A DNA stretch of 64,000 nucleotides from Phycisphaerae bacterium (GCA_963675745.2 CAXXWX010000003.1:64001-128000); one strand, 5' to 3'. Positions 1 through 9,336 are shown, numbered from the stretch's first letter. Translations and numbers: made by a program. The notes: generated by a model from the letters alone, not told the origin.

Positions 1-355
1 ACTTGCCGCCTGCCATCGCCAGCAGGTATTCGGCTCGCTGGATGGGGTCGAGCAGCACGGTGCGCGCGCGGTTTACCTGGGCGGTCGTCCGCAGGCTCAA
101 GGCGCGAACCTCGGAGGTGTCCGCCTTCAGGCGGTCGGGATGGACCGCCCGCGCCAGGTTGAGATAGCGCGCCCGCACCTCGGCCGGATCAATGTCATAT
201 GAGGCGGCGATCCCCAGCAAATCGAAGTAGTTGACGTCGTCCACCGGTTGGATTGCGTGGCAATTCTGACAGACCGCCGGGTTCTTCATCTCCCTGGCGC
301 ATGCCGTGCATTTGGCTGGTGTTGCCGCCCGCGTGCTCGTGTCGGTCTCGTTCAT
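1..355 (-). CDS. hscB: Fe-S assembly co-chaperone HscB (3' end beyond the left edge of the window)
   Basis: Not in the ORF track. Manual translation from ATG at 355: MNETDTSTRAATPAKCTACAREMKNPAVCQNCHAIQPVDDVNYFDLLGI...AVHPDR...LLDPIQRAEYLL. J-domain HPD and the DPxxRAxYLL motif are present; last visible gene of the isc cluster. Confidence 0.92.
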   Translation of the reverse strand, partial: MNETDTSTRAATPAKCTACAREMKNPAVCQNCHAIQPVDDVNYFDLLGIAASYDIDPAEVRARYLNLARAVHPDRLKADTSEVRALSLRTTAQVNRARTVLLDPIQRAEYLLAMAGGK

Positions 356-399
356 CAGTCCCTCGCGGCGGAGCCTGGAGCGCCTAATACATACCCAAC

Positions 400-508
400 G
401 TACCGACCAACCCCGGAGTCGGCCGAAGCCCGCTCCCAGGCGTAACGGCCGACCCCCGAGTCGGCCGGCTCCGCACCCACGAGTAGCGGCCGACCCCCGA
501 GTCGGCCG
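400..508 (+). repeat. Three tandem REP-like palindromes (GTAN + CGGCCGAC-loop-GTCGGCCG), period 41-42 nt
   Basis: GTAC-cgaccaac-cccgga-gtcggccg (400-425, degenerate); GTAA-CGGCCGAC-ccccga-GTCGGCCG (442-467); GTAG-CGGCCGAC-ccccga-GTCGGCCG (483-508). Confidence 0.75.
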
Positions 509-634
509 ATGCCCACCCGGAAATCAGGCTCGCAAACAACGTCCGACTTCATGGGGCGGACGCCGCTTCGAGCGAACATAGCGTCATGCCACGGCACGCA
601 TACGATTCGCGCGTACTCTCAACCATCGCTCAGC

Positions 635-1081
635 TTACGCGGAATAGCTGCTCCCGCAACCGCACGTCTGTCGCGCGTTGGGATTATTAAACGTGAACCC
701 CGCGCCCATCATGCTTTCCTGCCAGTCGATCAGCGTCCCCGTGAGGTTGCCGACAATGTAGCTCTTGAGGTCGCAGACAATGTTGAGGCCGCAGGAAGAG
801 AAAACCTCATCAGAGTCGTTTACCGGAGCATGGACCTCATCGCGCAGATCGAGCACATACTGCAATCCGCTGCAACCGCCGCCTTTGACGCCCACGTACA
901 GATAAGTTGTGTCCGCCAGCGACTCACGTGTAATGTGCTCGCGGACCTTTTCCGCGGCCTTCTCGCTCAGGCGCAAGCCGACGGTCTCCGTTGCCGGTTT
1001 GGCGCGCTTGGCGACGACGAGCTTCGGCTGGTCGCTGGTGTCGGTCTTCGGTTGTGACGTCTGTGTTTGTTCGCTCATCAA
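635..1081 (-). CDS. iscA: A-type Fe-S carrier protein (IscA/HesB family)
   Basis: GGGCSGLQY and C-terminal NPNARQTCGCGSS motifs; lies in the isc operon. Confidence 0.95.
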   Translation of the reverse strand: MMSEQTQTSQPKTDTSDQPKLVVAKRAKPATETVGLRLSEKAAEKVREHITRESLADTTYLYVGVKGGGCSGLQYVLDLRDEVHAPVNDSDEVFSSCGLNIVCDLKSYIVGNLTGTLIDWQESMMGAGFTFNNPNARQTCGCGSSYSA

Positions 1082-1135
1082 TCAACACCCTTGTTGGCGG
1101 TTTAGCACTCTCATTGAAATCTCGCGCGGTCCACC

Positions 1136-1549
1136 CTACGCGGATTCGCACGCTGCCGTCTGTGGCTTCGCTTTGCGCTTGACCTTGACATCCGCAATTG
1201 CGGCGCGGATCGCGTCTTCGGCCAGCACGCTACAGTGGATCTTCACCGGCGGCAGTGACAGTTCTTTAACGATCTCCGTGTTCTTGATCTCCAGCGCCTC
1301 GTCGAGCGTCTTTCCTTTGACCCACTCGGTCGCGAGCGAGCTGGATGCGATCGCCGAGCCGCACCCAAACGTCTTGAACCTGGCGTCCACGATGCGGTCG
1401 TTTTCATCGACCTCGATTTGCAGCTTCATTACGTCGCCGCATTCCGGCGCCCCGACAATCCCGGTGCCGACGCGCTCGCTCTTTCTGTCCAGTGACCCGA
1501 CGTTCCGCGGGTTGCTGAAATGGTCGATGACTTTTTCGCCGTATGCCAT
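1136..1549 (-). CDS. iscU: Fe-S scaffold protein IscU
   Basis: GAPECGDVM, FKTFGCGSAIASSS and LPPVKIHCSVLAEDA motifs. Confidence 0.98.
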   Translation of the reverse strand: MAYGEKVIDHFSNPRNVGSLDRKSERVGTGIVGAPECGDVMKLQIEVDENDRIVDARFKTFGCGSAIASSSLATEWVKGKTLDEALEIKNTEIVKELSLPPVKIHCSVLAEDAIRAAIADVKVKRKAKPQTAACESA

Positions 1550-1594
1550 AGTGCTTACACTCCTGAGAGCAAGCGTGGTTTGCTCATCGTATTT

Positions 1595-2809
1595 CTAGTC
1601 CCCGGCCCATTGGACGGTACTGATGTCGATGCCCTCTTGAGCCATCTCATACAGCGGGCTCATCGCCCGGAGCCTGTTCACGGTCTCGACGACCCGCTGA
1701 ATGACAATGTCGATTTCCTCCTCGGTGTTAAAACGCCCGACGGAGAAACGAATGCTGCTGTGTGCCAGATCGTCGCCGACGCCCAGTGCCTTCAACACAT
1801 AGCTGGGTTCCAGTGAGGCACTCGTACAGGCCGACCCGCTGGAGACGGCGACGTCGCTGAATCCCATCATCAGGCTCTCGCCCTCGACGTACGCGAACGA
1901 GAGATTCAGGTTTGACGGTGTGCGCTCGGTTGGATGGCCGTTGAGGAACACGTCGGAGAGCTGCGACATGATCCCGTCCCTCAGCCGGTCGCGTAGCCCC
2001 GCCAGCCGCTGAGGCTCGCTGTCCAGATGCGTGCGGCACAATTCGGCGGCCGCCCCAAGCCCCACGATGCATGGGACGTTGAGCGTGCCCGAACGCATGC
2101 CGCGCTCGTGCCCGCCACCGTGGATGATCGCCTCACACCGCACTCTCGGCCGTTTGCGCCGTACATACAACGCGCCGATGCCCTTTGGTCCGTGGATCTT
2201 GTGCGCGCTGCACGTCAGCAGATCGATACCCATCTCGTTGACGTCGATCGGCACTTTTCCGAAGGTCTGGCAGGCATCCGTATGGAAGACCACGCCGCGC
2301 TCTTTGCAGAGCTTGCCAATCTCGCGGATCGGCTGGAGTGTGCCGATTTCGTTGTTGCCGTGCATGATCGAGACCAGGATTGTCTCGTCGGTAATCTGGC
2401 TGCGAAGCTCATCAACGTCCACCAGCCCTTCGCGATTCACGGGCAGAAACGTCACGCGATAGCCCTGCTGCTCCAGCCATTTGCTGGGGTCGATTACCGC
2501 CTTGTGCTCGGTAACCTCGGTGATAATGTGCTTGCCCCGATCGCCGTACATCGCCGCGATTCCCTTGATGGCGATGTTGTTGCCCTCGGTGGCGCCGCTG
2601 GTGAAAATGACCTCCCGCGGATCGGCTCCGATTAGCTCGGCGACTTGTCGCCGGGCATTCTCGACGGCCTCCTCGGCTTCCCAGCCGAAACTGTGGCCTC
2701 TTGAAGCCGCGTTACCGAATTTCTCGCTGAAGTAAGGCAGCATGGCCGCCAGCACGGCGGGGTCGACCCGCGTCGTTGCGTTGTTGTCGAGGTAGATTCT
2801 GTCGCTCAT
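1595..2809 (-). CDS. iscS: Cysteine desulfurase IscS
   Basis: [12 protein letters not shown] lysine motif [10 protein letters not shown], catalytic SSGSACTS, C-terminal MSPLYEM. Start moved to ATG 2809, which overlaps the stop of the Rrf2 gene. Confidence 0.97.
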   Translation of the reverse strand: MSDRIYLDNNATTRVDPAVLAAMLPYFSEKFGNAASRGHSFGWEAEEAVENARRQVAELIGADPREVIFTSGATEGNNIAIKGIAAMYGDRGKHIITEVTEHKAVIDPSKWLEQQGYRVTFLPVNREGLVDVDELRSQITDETILVSIMHGNNEIGTLQPIREIGKLCKERGVVFHTDACQTFGKVPIDVNEMGIDLLTCSAHKIHGPKGIGALYVRRKRPRVRCEAIIHGGGHERGMRSGTLNVPCIVGLGAAAELCRTHLDSEPQRLAGLRDRLRDGIMSQLSDVFLNGHPTERTPSNLNLSFAYVEGESLMMGFSDVAVSSGSACTSASLEPSYVLKALGVGDDLAHSSIRFSVGRFNTEEEIDIVIQRVVETVNRLRAMSPLYEMAQEGIDISTVQWAGD

Positions 2810-3270
2810 TGGGCAATCGCTTCCTGGGACTGCGGATCGCATGGATGCTCGGCGTCGTGGCGAAAAGCCACGTCGGCGATGGTGATGTCGGAGAGGAACC
2901 TGTGGAATGCCCGGTGGATTCGATGCAGCGGCCTGCGAATCGTGCAGGTTCTCCGCCGCTCACAATCACGACCCGGAGAACCGTTGTTCGGGGCGCACTG
3001 GACCAGACGCACGGGTCCTTCAATCGCCTCGATCAGCCCGCTCAGCGTGATCTCCGCCGGGTCCAATGCCAGTGCATACCCGCCGCGCGCGCCGCGCACC
3101 GAAGAGATCAGCCCGCGCTGATTTAGCGACTTCATGACGTTCATCAGCAGCGGCAGCGGCACGCCGTGCGTTTCGGCGATGTCGCGGGCACTGACAATCT
3201 TGTCGGGTGCGTTCGCCAGGTGGCAAACGGCGACAAGGGCGTACTCCGACTTTTTTGTCAGCGATAACAT
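2806..3270 (-). CDS. iscR: Rrf2-family transcriptional regulator (IscR-like)
   Basis: Rrf2 wHTH ([11 protein letters not shown]) with three C-terminal Cys (VQC...DCERRRTC); first gene of the isc operon. Confidence 0.85.
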   Translation of the reverse strand: MLSLTKKSEYALVAVCHLANAPDKIVSARDIAETHGVPLPLLMNVMKSLNQRGLISSVRGARGGYALALDPAEITLSGLIEAIEGPVRLVQCAPNNGSPGRDCERRRTCTIRRPLHRIHRAFHRFLSDITIADVAFRHDAEHPCDPQSQEAIAQ

Positions 3271-3305
3271 TCTGCGACCTCAACGTATGGGTTCTTCTTA
3301 CCTGC

Positions 3306-3339
3306 CTTGAATATAGTATCTCAGGGGTACGATTTCAAG
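3306..3339 (-). promoter_or_regulatory. sigma70 promoter of the isc operon inside an imperfect palindrome (candidate Rrf2 operator)
   Basis: Minus strand TTGAAA(3338-3333)-N17-TATATT(3315-3310); flanked by inverted CTTGAA...TTCAAG. Confidence 0.6.
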
Positions 3340-3490
3340 CAGCGTAATCACAACTTCCGATATATCGCGGTCAGCGAACATTGGCACCTGATCGGCCGCA
3401 AGTTCAGCGCGGTTCTAAACTTGCAATTGTCACCCTGGAGTGTCGCGTTGAACGCGCGGGCGCAGCGGCCTAATTCCACTGCCCGTAATC

Positions 3491-3844
3491 TCAGGATTTG
3501 TCCCTAAGGGTTTCCCGTAGGCGTGAAAGCAACTCGGCGGCGGACAACTGCTGAACGCGAATCCGCTTATGCGGTTTGGATCGGCCATGCACTATTGCGA
3601 CGTCGCGTTTTTTGCAGCCCAACGTCGTCGCCAGCAGCGCCACGACGGCGTCATTTGCCCGGCCGGCGTCAGGTGGGGCGGAGACGGTGACCTTCAACGA
3701 GGACTGCCACACGCCCGCCACGCGACTGCGCGACGCGCCCGGCACAACCTTGACGCCGAACTCTGCGCCATCTGCGGTCTGAGTAATATCGACTTGCTCA
3801 GCGTCAGAAGCCGGCATGCATGTAACCACCGCCCCCCCACGCAA
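3491..3844 (-). CDS. DUF167/YggU (UPF0235) family protein
   Basis: VKVVPGASRS...LKVTVSAPPDAGRANDAVVALLA...GRSKPHK motif. True start may be ATG 3817. Confidence 0.88.
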   Translation of the reverse strand: MRGGAVVTCMPASDAEQVDITQTADGAEFGVKVVPGASRSRVAGVWQSSLKVTVSAPPDAGRANDAVVALLATTLGCKKRDVAIVHGRSKPHKRIRVQQLSAAELLSRLRETLRDKS

Positions 3845-3850
3845 CCAGCC

Positions 3851-4594
3851 TCACGCCGACGCCGGTGCGAACTCGTCGCCGCGAAATGTGTTGCCGAGGT
3901 AACGCTCGCGCACGCGCGGGTTGTTGATCAACTCGTGCGGCGACCCCGACGCGATAACTTGGCCAGCGTCTATCACATAGCTGCGGTCAGTGACTTTCAG
4001 CGTTTCGTGTACGTTGTGGTCGGTCAGCAGAATCGCGATCCCGCCGTCCCGCAGGCGCTGAATCTCCGTGCGCAGCTCTTCGACAGCCTTGGGATCCACG
4101 CCGCTGAACGGCTCGTCGAGCAGTATCAGCAATGGGCTGGTGATCAGGGCACGGGCGATTTCGAGTTTGCGACGCTCGCCGCCGGAAATATTCCGCGCCA
4201 TGTTCTTACGCACAACCTCGAGGCCGAACTGGCCCAGTAGCTCCTCGACCTTCTGCTTTCGTTCGCGGTGAGTCAGGCGCAGAGTTTCGCAGATTGCCAA
4301 CAGGTTGTCCTCGACGGTCAGTCGCTGGAAGACGCTTGGCTCTTGCGATAGATAGCCAATCCCACGGCGCGCGCGCTCAAACATCGGCAGGCCGGTGACG
4401 TTGTCGTCTCGGAAACGCACAGTCCCGCTGTCGGCTGAGATCATGCCCACGGTGATGCGAAAGCTGGTGGTCTTGCCCGCACCGTTGGCACCGAGGAGTC
4501 CGACGATCTCTCTCTCGTCCACCGTGTAGTTAACGTGGTCCACCACGCGTCGTTTGCGGTAGGTTTTAACGAGGTTTTCGGCCTCTAGCAGCAT
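3851..4594 (-). CDS. lptB: LPS export ABC transporter ATPase LptB
   Basis: GLLGANGAGKTTSF, GYLSQEPSVF, SGGERRKLEIARAL, LLDEPFSGVDP, TDHNVHETL, YLG. Start at MLLEAENL. Confidence 0.95.
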   Translation of the reverse strand: MLLEAENLVKTYRKRRVVDHVNYTVDEREIVGLLGANGAGKTTSFRITVGMISADSGTVRFRDDNVTGLPMFERARRGIGYLSQEPSVFQRLTVEDNLLAICETLRLTHRERKQKVEELLGQFGLEVVRKNMARNISGGERRKLEIARALITSPLLILLDEPFSGVDPKAVEELRTEIQRLRDGGIAILLTDHNVHETLKVTDRSYVIDAGQVIASGSPHELINNPRVRERYLGNTFRGDEFAPASA

Positions 4595-4626
4595 TCTCGA
4601 CCCCTTTCTCGACGCAGGTGGGCGCA

Positions 4627-4635
4627 TGTGGATAA
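4627..4635 (-). promoter_or_regulatory. Perfect DnaA box (TTATCCACA) in an AT-rich intergenic region
   Basis: Plus strand TGTGGATAA; near-matches at 4638-4646, 4835-4843 and 4874-4882. Confidence 0.45.
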
Positions 4636-4927
4636 CTTGTTGATATTGGATGAAAACCCGGTGTTCGTCGTCGTTGCGCCTACAAACCGCTGCTGCCACC
4701 AGCTAGAGTCAGTAACGACTGCATTTCCAAGGGTTATGCGCCATAACATCATTATAATTCATGGTTTACGCGAATTTCACAGCTTGAGCCCGTGCGCCGG
4801 CAATCTCAGGTTCTCGGACGCTCGTACGCGACAATGTGCATCGCGTCATGAAACTTGTTTTCTCGCGTTTAGATGTTGACAACTATCGCCAACCTGATCT
4901 TAACCCGCTGCACAGCGCGCCCGAGCC

Positions 4928-6493
4928 TTATCGGACAAACCGCATTTCGCCAACATCCGGTATGCGCCAACGGCCGGCGCGATCTATCGACAGCAACGCG
5001 GGAAGATACACGAAGCTCGCTCGTCCCACAATCAAATCACGACGGACTGTTCCGGTTTCATACGCATCCGCCGACGCGCTGCCGTACAAACGCCGATAGT
5101 GTGACAGCACCTCGCCCGATACGTCGGTCCATTCGCGGCTGTCGTGACTGAAGCGGCTGTTGTCACCCAGTACAAAGTAGTCTTCCGTTCCCAGTCGCAT
5201 CGCGCGCCCGGCGTACGCACGCCGTGTGTCGCCAGCGCGAAAAGTGTAATACACATCGCGATCAACGCGCAGGCCGGCGACGTCGAAGGCCAATGACGAG
5301 GCAATCAAACGCACATCAACGGCAGTGATCGCCGGCTGCCGGCGTATCTGCTCCAGGTCCGGAGCATAGCTCGTGTCAGTCGTGGCGAGAACGTCGGTTC
5401 CATCGACGCGCAATGAGACGCGGTAATCAACGTGTGCGAACTCCACAACCACCGGGTGATCGGCGCGCAGTACGGCGTGTGTCTTCGCGGCAATCGTGCG
5501 CCACGGCTGAGCCGTTTCAGTCTCGCGCATGCGTAAGCTGCACGTGCCATCGACGTGAATGTCGATCTGAAACAGCGTCGTCCCACGCATCAGCTCCCAG
5601 CGCAGCCAACCGTCTCCCTCACGCAGCGTGATCTCGGCGACGACGCGCATGTCGCCCACGAGGTCGTGTCCAGTGTCGCTGTTGAAACCGCTGACGTCCC
5701 GGATCGGGCGCGCGGGGTTGAACTCCAAGGCGCGTGGCTCCTGATCCAGCCCGTCGTAGTGAATCACGCGGCTGTGAAGTCCGTGCCAGCCGGGCTCACC
5801 GGCGGCGTTCACTGCAACCCACGGGCGGTCGGCGCGTTGGGTGGAATCGCGCAGGGGTGCGTGTCGCTGGTCGGCAACCACATGCCACACGGCGCTCTGC
5901 ACGCTGGCGGGCTTGCGGGCGATCCGGCCATTGACGAACAAATCTCCAAGGACAATCTCCACCTCTTCCCCCGGCAAACCCACCAGTCGCTTTACGAAGT
6001 TCTGCGATGGATTGGCGGGGTCTCGGAAGATAATCACGTCCCAGCGATTGGGACCGAAGAGTCCGCCCAGGGCGAACGGCCATTTCTCGACCAGGATGCG
6101 GTCGCCGGACTTCGTGAGCACGCCGGCGCCATCGCCCATGGTGGTTTGCAGATGACAATTCGGGCAGACGAGCGTGTCCGGCACCTGGAGCGTGTCGGCG
6201 TGTGTACCGCGGCCGGCGGTGAGTGCGTAATCAAACTCCAAGCCACAGCGCGGACACACCTGCGTGCTGTGAACGCCGAGCAGCGCGGTGGCCATCGAGC
6301 CGGTTGGGATAATGAACGCCTCAATCATGAATGTGCGGAAAATGAACGCGAGGATCAAGGCTGTCAGGACGGTCTGTGTTGTGTCCACCACGCGCAGGCT
6401 GACGGTGTCGCCGGCGAGCACATCCTCGGCGGGCACCACGCGCGCGTCTTCCGCGTCGCGCGGCACAGCGGAGTTGTGGTCAGCATCTGGCAC
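4928..6493 (-). CDS. lepB: Signal peptidase I paralog 2, with Zn-ribbon and large insertion
   Basis: FIIPTGSM (Ser), NFVKRLVG (Lys), GDNSRFSHDSREW (box E); CPRC..CPNC insert. Start estimated at GTG 6493 because the longer ORF overlaps the upstream paralog. Confidence 0.88.
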   Translation of the reverse strand: MPDADHNSAVPRDAEDARVVPAEDVLAGDTVSLRVVDTTQTVLTALILAFIFRTFMIEAFIIPTGSMATALLGVHSTQVCPRCGLEFDYALTAGRGTHADTLQVPDTLVCPNCHLQTTMGDGAGVLTKSGDRILVEKWPFALGGLFGPNRWDVIIFRDPANPSQNFVKRLVGLPGEEVEIVLGDLFVNGRIARKPASVQSAVWHVVADQRHAPLRDSTQRADRPWVAVNAAGEPGWHGLHSRVIHYDGLDQEPRALEFNPARPIRDVSGFNSDTGHDLVGDMRVVAEITLREGDGWLRWELMRGTTLFQIDIHVDGTCSLRMRETETAQPWRTIAAKTHAVLRADHPVVVEFAHVDYRVSLRVDGTDVLATTDTSYAPDLEQIRRQPAITAVDVRLIASSLAFDVAGLRVDRDVYYTFRAGDTRRAYAGRAMRLGTEDYFVLGDNSRFSHDSREWTDVSGEVLSHYRRLYGSASADAYETGTVRRDLIVGRASFVYLPALLSIDRAGRWRIPDVGEMRFVR

Positions 6494-6540
6494 GCGGTTG
6501 TCCCAGCGGAACTGGCGCGGCGGTTGGCCGCGTAGCCGGT

Positions 6541-8100
6541 CTAGCGGATCCAGCGAACGTGGCCGATATCGGGGATGATGTTCCAGCCACCAATCGGCGA
6601 CGGGAGGAACCCCGGCCAATAGACGAAAAACGCCCGTCCAATCATCTGATCGGCAGGAACCGTGCCTAGACGGTAATCGCGTCGCGCGCTGCGCATGTGC
6701 GGCCCGGCGTGGTCCCACAAGCGTCCGTCGTGGCTGCTCGGGCTGTTATCGCCCATCACGAAATACTCATCGTCCCGGAGTTGGAAAGGCTCGCCCTGGC
6801 CGGCACGCACCGGCACCTTGCGGCCGTTTTCGAACGTCCAGTATTTGTAGAAGATGTCGCGCTCGACACGCAGCCTGGCACAGGTCGCATCGATGTTCTC
6901 GGCCGCGATGCGCAGGTCGGCAGGTCGCACGCGCGCCGACAACGCCCGCGCTGCGGCGGGGGTGATGCTGTATTGCTCGGGCGTGGACTGAAGCACGATC
7001 TCGCCGTTGAGCTGCACGCGCACGACGTAGTCGACATTTCCGAGGGCAATCCGGTTTGTCCGGCGCGTATCGACGTTCTCGTGGACGGCCAACACGGCTT
7101 GCTCACCGGCCGCGTTCTCGTGAATCAGCTCCAGCCGCCCGTCGGCGTGCAGCCGTGCCATGAAGCGATCGTCGTGCTTGGTGCTGCTCAGCTCGACGTA
7201 TCCCTGGCCGGCGCGCAGTCGAACATCGCACGACAGCCGGGTATCGGTTACCAGGTCTTGAGGTGTGCCCTTTGACGGCGGCGCCTTTTCCCGCCCAAAG
7301 AGTGGGTTGTAGCCGTAGACGTCTTCCACTACGCCGTAGACAGGTGGGTGGTCGGAATCCGTGATCAGTCTCAGATCGTCCGGGAAAGTGGCAAACGCGA
7401 CTTCAGCGCGGGGGCTGTCGGTGCCCTTGAAGGCGGGCATGCGCGTGTCGAGCCCGGTCCAGGCGCTGTCCGCCGACAGCGCGCGCCAGTGAGGATAGTA
7501 TCGATTCTCCGGGCCGGCGGCTTTGGCCGGCCGGTGATCGTGGTCGTAGTATGGGAACCAGAGCTGCTCCTGCACGTGGCGCGGCTTGGCCTGGATTATG
7601 TCGTTAATGAATACGTCGCCACCGATCAGCTCGACCTTGTCGCCACGGAGCCCGATCAGGCGTTTGATGAAGTTCTGCTCGGGGTCGAGCGGATTGCGGA
7701 ATACGACCACGTCCCAGCGCTGGGGCTGCATCCAACTCAGCCCCAGATCATATGGCCAGCCCAGCACCGTGATCCGGTCGCCCACGGTCGGCGCCATGGT
7801 CCGGCCGAGACTCAGCAGCGTGTTCTTCTGTCGATAGCGACAATTGGGGCACTCAACCGTGTCGGGCTGTGGGTCGGTGGGCGGGCGAAAACCGATCTGG
7901 TACTCATACCCGCAGTTCGGGCAAGTATGTGTTGCGTGAGCGCCGCAGAGGGTCTCGGCCATCGATCCCGTTGGAATCACGAACAGCGGCACGAAAAAGC
8001 TCTTGAACACCAGCAGGAGGATGAAGAAGCCGACAAAGGAAGCAATCTGCTCCATCAGCGGTTCCGGCTGCTTTCGATACTCCTGACTGTGCTTGCTCAT
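6541..8100 (-). CDS. lepB: Signal peptidase I paralog 1, with Zn-ribbon and large insertion
   Basis: FVIPTGSM, NFIKRLIG, GDNSPSSHDGRLW; CPNC..CPNC insert; single N-terminal TM. Confidence 0.9.
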   Translation of the reverse strand: MSKHSQEYRKQPEPLMEQIASFVGFFILLLVFKSFFVPLFVIPTGSMAETLCGAHATHTCPNCGYEYQIGFRPPTDPQPDTVECPNCRYRQKNTLLSLGRTMAPTVGDRITVLGWPYDLGLSWMQPQRWDVVVFRNPLDPEQNFIKRLIGLRGDKVELIGGDVFINDIIQAKPRHVQEQLWFPYYDHDHRPAKAAGPENRYYPHWRALSADSAWTGLDTRMPAFKGTDSPRAEVAFATFPDDLRLITDSDHPPVYGVVEDVYGYNPLFGREKAPPSKGTPQDLVTDTRLSCDVRLRAGQGYVELSSTKHDDRFMARLHADGRLELIHENAAGEQAVLAVHENVDTRRTNRIALGNVDYVVRVQLNGEIVLQSTPEQYSITPAAARALSARVRPADLRIAAENIDATCARLRVERDIFYKYWTFENGRKVPVRAGQGEPFQLRDDEYFVMGDNSPSSHDGRLWDHAGPHMRSARRDYRLGTVPADQMIGRAFFVYWPGFLPSPIGGWNIIPDIGHVRWIR

Positions 8101-8333
8101 CTACGGTGCCTACCTGCCTGGCCCCGATCCACACTTGCCACACGGCTTTGCCTGTGAGAAACGGGGCCGGTAGACTAACGCTTGGCTGCGGGCCGGGTCA
8201 AACTGAAGAGAGATAACGCCCGACCCGCCCGCGTGGCCCGTGAGCCTGACGCCGGGTGTTGCTGCCCGCGGACGGCGCTGCATAGCACGCCGCGGCAAAA
8301 CCGCCCGGGCGGCGTGTGTACAAAGGAGATCCG

Positions 8334-8468
8334 ATGAGTCCTCTGCGTAAACGCATGATCACCCTTACGCTGTGTTCGAGCGGCACGTTGTTGGCCAGCT
8401 CGTGTGCCACGGAGCAGATCCTGGAGACAATCTTCACCGCGTTCCAGATCGTGAACGTCTGGGTGTAG
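8334..8468 (+). CDS. 44-aa small putative lipoprotein (below the ORF-track cutoff)
   Basis: AAAGGAG RBS 6 nt before ATG; MSPLRKRMITLTLCSSGTLLASSCATEQILETIFTAFQIVNVWV*; basic N-region, hydrophobic core, lipobox-like LASSC. Confidence 0.65.
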   Translation: MSPLRKRMITLTLCSSGTLLASSCATEQILETIFTAFQIVNVWV

Positions 8469-8515
8469 TGCCGGCCGATCTCGGGGATTTGATCCCAGGG
8501 ACTGCTGGTGTGCCC

Positions 8516-9322
8516 ATGCCGTTGAATACCCCGATCCGCGGGCCGCATATGCCGGAAGCCACGTGGCTGGACCCGCGTGACACGAGTGAGGCCAAGCGGC
8601 GTCCAATCAGTGACGCTGTCAACATTCCGCTTACGCAGCTTCCCGATCGCACGCACGAACTTCCGCCGGCCGAGACCGTTATTCGAGTGGCCGGGCCGCG
8701 CGCGCTGGTCGAAGAGACCGTCGCCTGGCTCCGGCAACATGGGCGCGCGGCGGTAGGGGGGGATGACTTCCGCTACGCCGAGACATCCGAGCAGCGGCCG
8801 CGCGGGCGACTATGGAAGCCAAGCGCGCTGCTTGCCACGGCCCTGCCTGACCTGCCGCCGGGGTGTGCCCTCGACCTGGCGTGCGGTACCGGGCGTGACG
8901 CCGCTTACCTGGCTGCGTGGGGTTGGCAAGTGACGGCGGTTGACGTGTTGCCCGATGCGCTGGAGCGCGGCCGGCAACTGGAGGTGGCATACGGCCCGAC
9001 CGCGCACGCGGTTGATTGGCGCTGCGCCGATCTGGAGCGCGACGCGCCGACGTTCAAGCGCTTTGACCTGGTGACCGTGTTTCGCTATCTGCACCGTCCA
9101 CTGCTGGCTCAGTTGCATGAGTGTGTGAAGCCCGGCGGCAGCATTCTCTGCGAGACGTTCACGACGTTGCACCGCGCGCGTCATGGGCGTCCACGCAGCG
9201 CGGATCACGTCCTGGAACCCCGGGAGTTGCACAGCATCTTCTCACGCCACGAGATTCGGACGTACTCGGAGGATTGGCGCGGCACGGCCCACACGGCCCG
9301 CGTCTGGGCGGTCGTACGTTGA
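8516..9322 (+). CDS. Rhodanese-like domain fused to a class I SAM methyltransferase (TehB-like)
   Basis: N-terminal WLDPR...AVNIPL...ELP; C-terminal ALDLACGTGRD, AVD, FDLVTVFRYLHRPL, KPGG. Start placed at ATG 8516. Confidence 0.8.
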   Translation: MPLNTPIRGPHMPEATWLDPRDTSEAKRRPISDAVNIPLTQLPDRTHELPPAETVIRVAGPRALVEETVAWLRQHGRAAVGGDDFRYAETSEQRPRGRLWKPSALLATALPDLPPGCALDLACGTGRDAAYLAAWGWQVTAVDVLPDALERGRQLEVAYGPTAHAVDWRCADLERDAPTFKRFDLVTVFRYLHRPLLAQLHECVKPGGSILCETFTTLHRARHGRPRSADHVLEPRELHSIFSRHEIRTYSEDWRGTAHTARVWAVVR

Positions 9323-9336
9323 TCGTGTGCCTACGG

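Noticed and set aside
400..508. Mini CRISPR array (palindromic repeats with unique spacers)
   Set aside because: Only three units, spacers of 15-16 nt are too short, no cas genes, and the GTAG + hairpin form fits REP elements.
355..597. 80-aa ORF between iscA and hscB with repeated ADSGVGRY
   Set aside because: The peptide repeat is just the translation of the REP array; no family motif, although its stop does overlap the hscB ATG.
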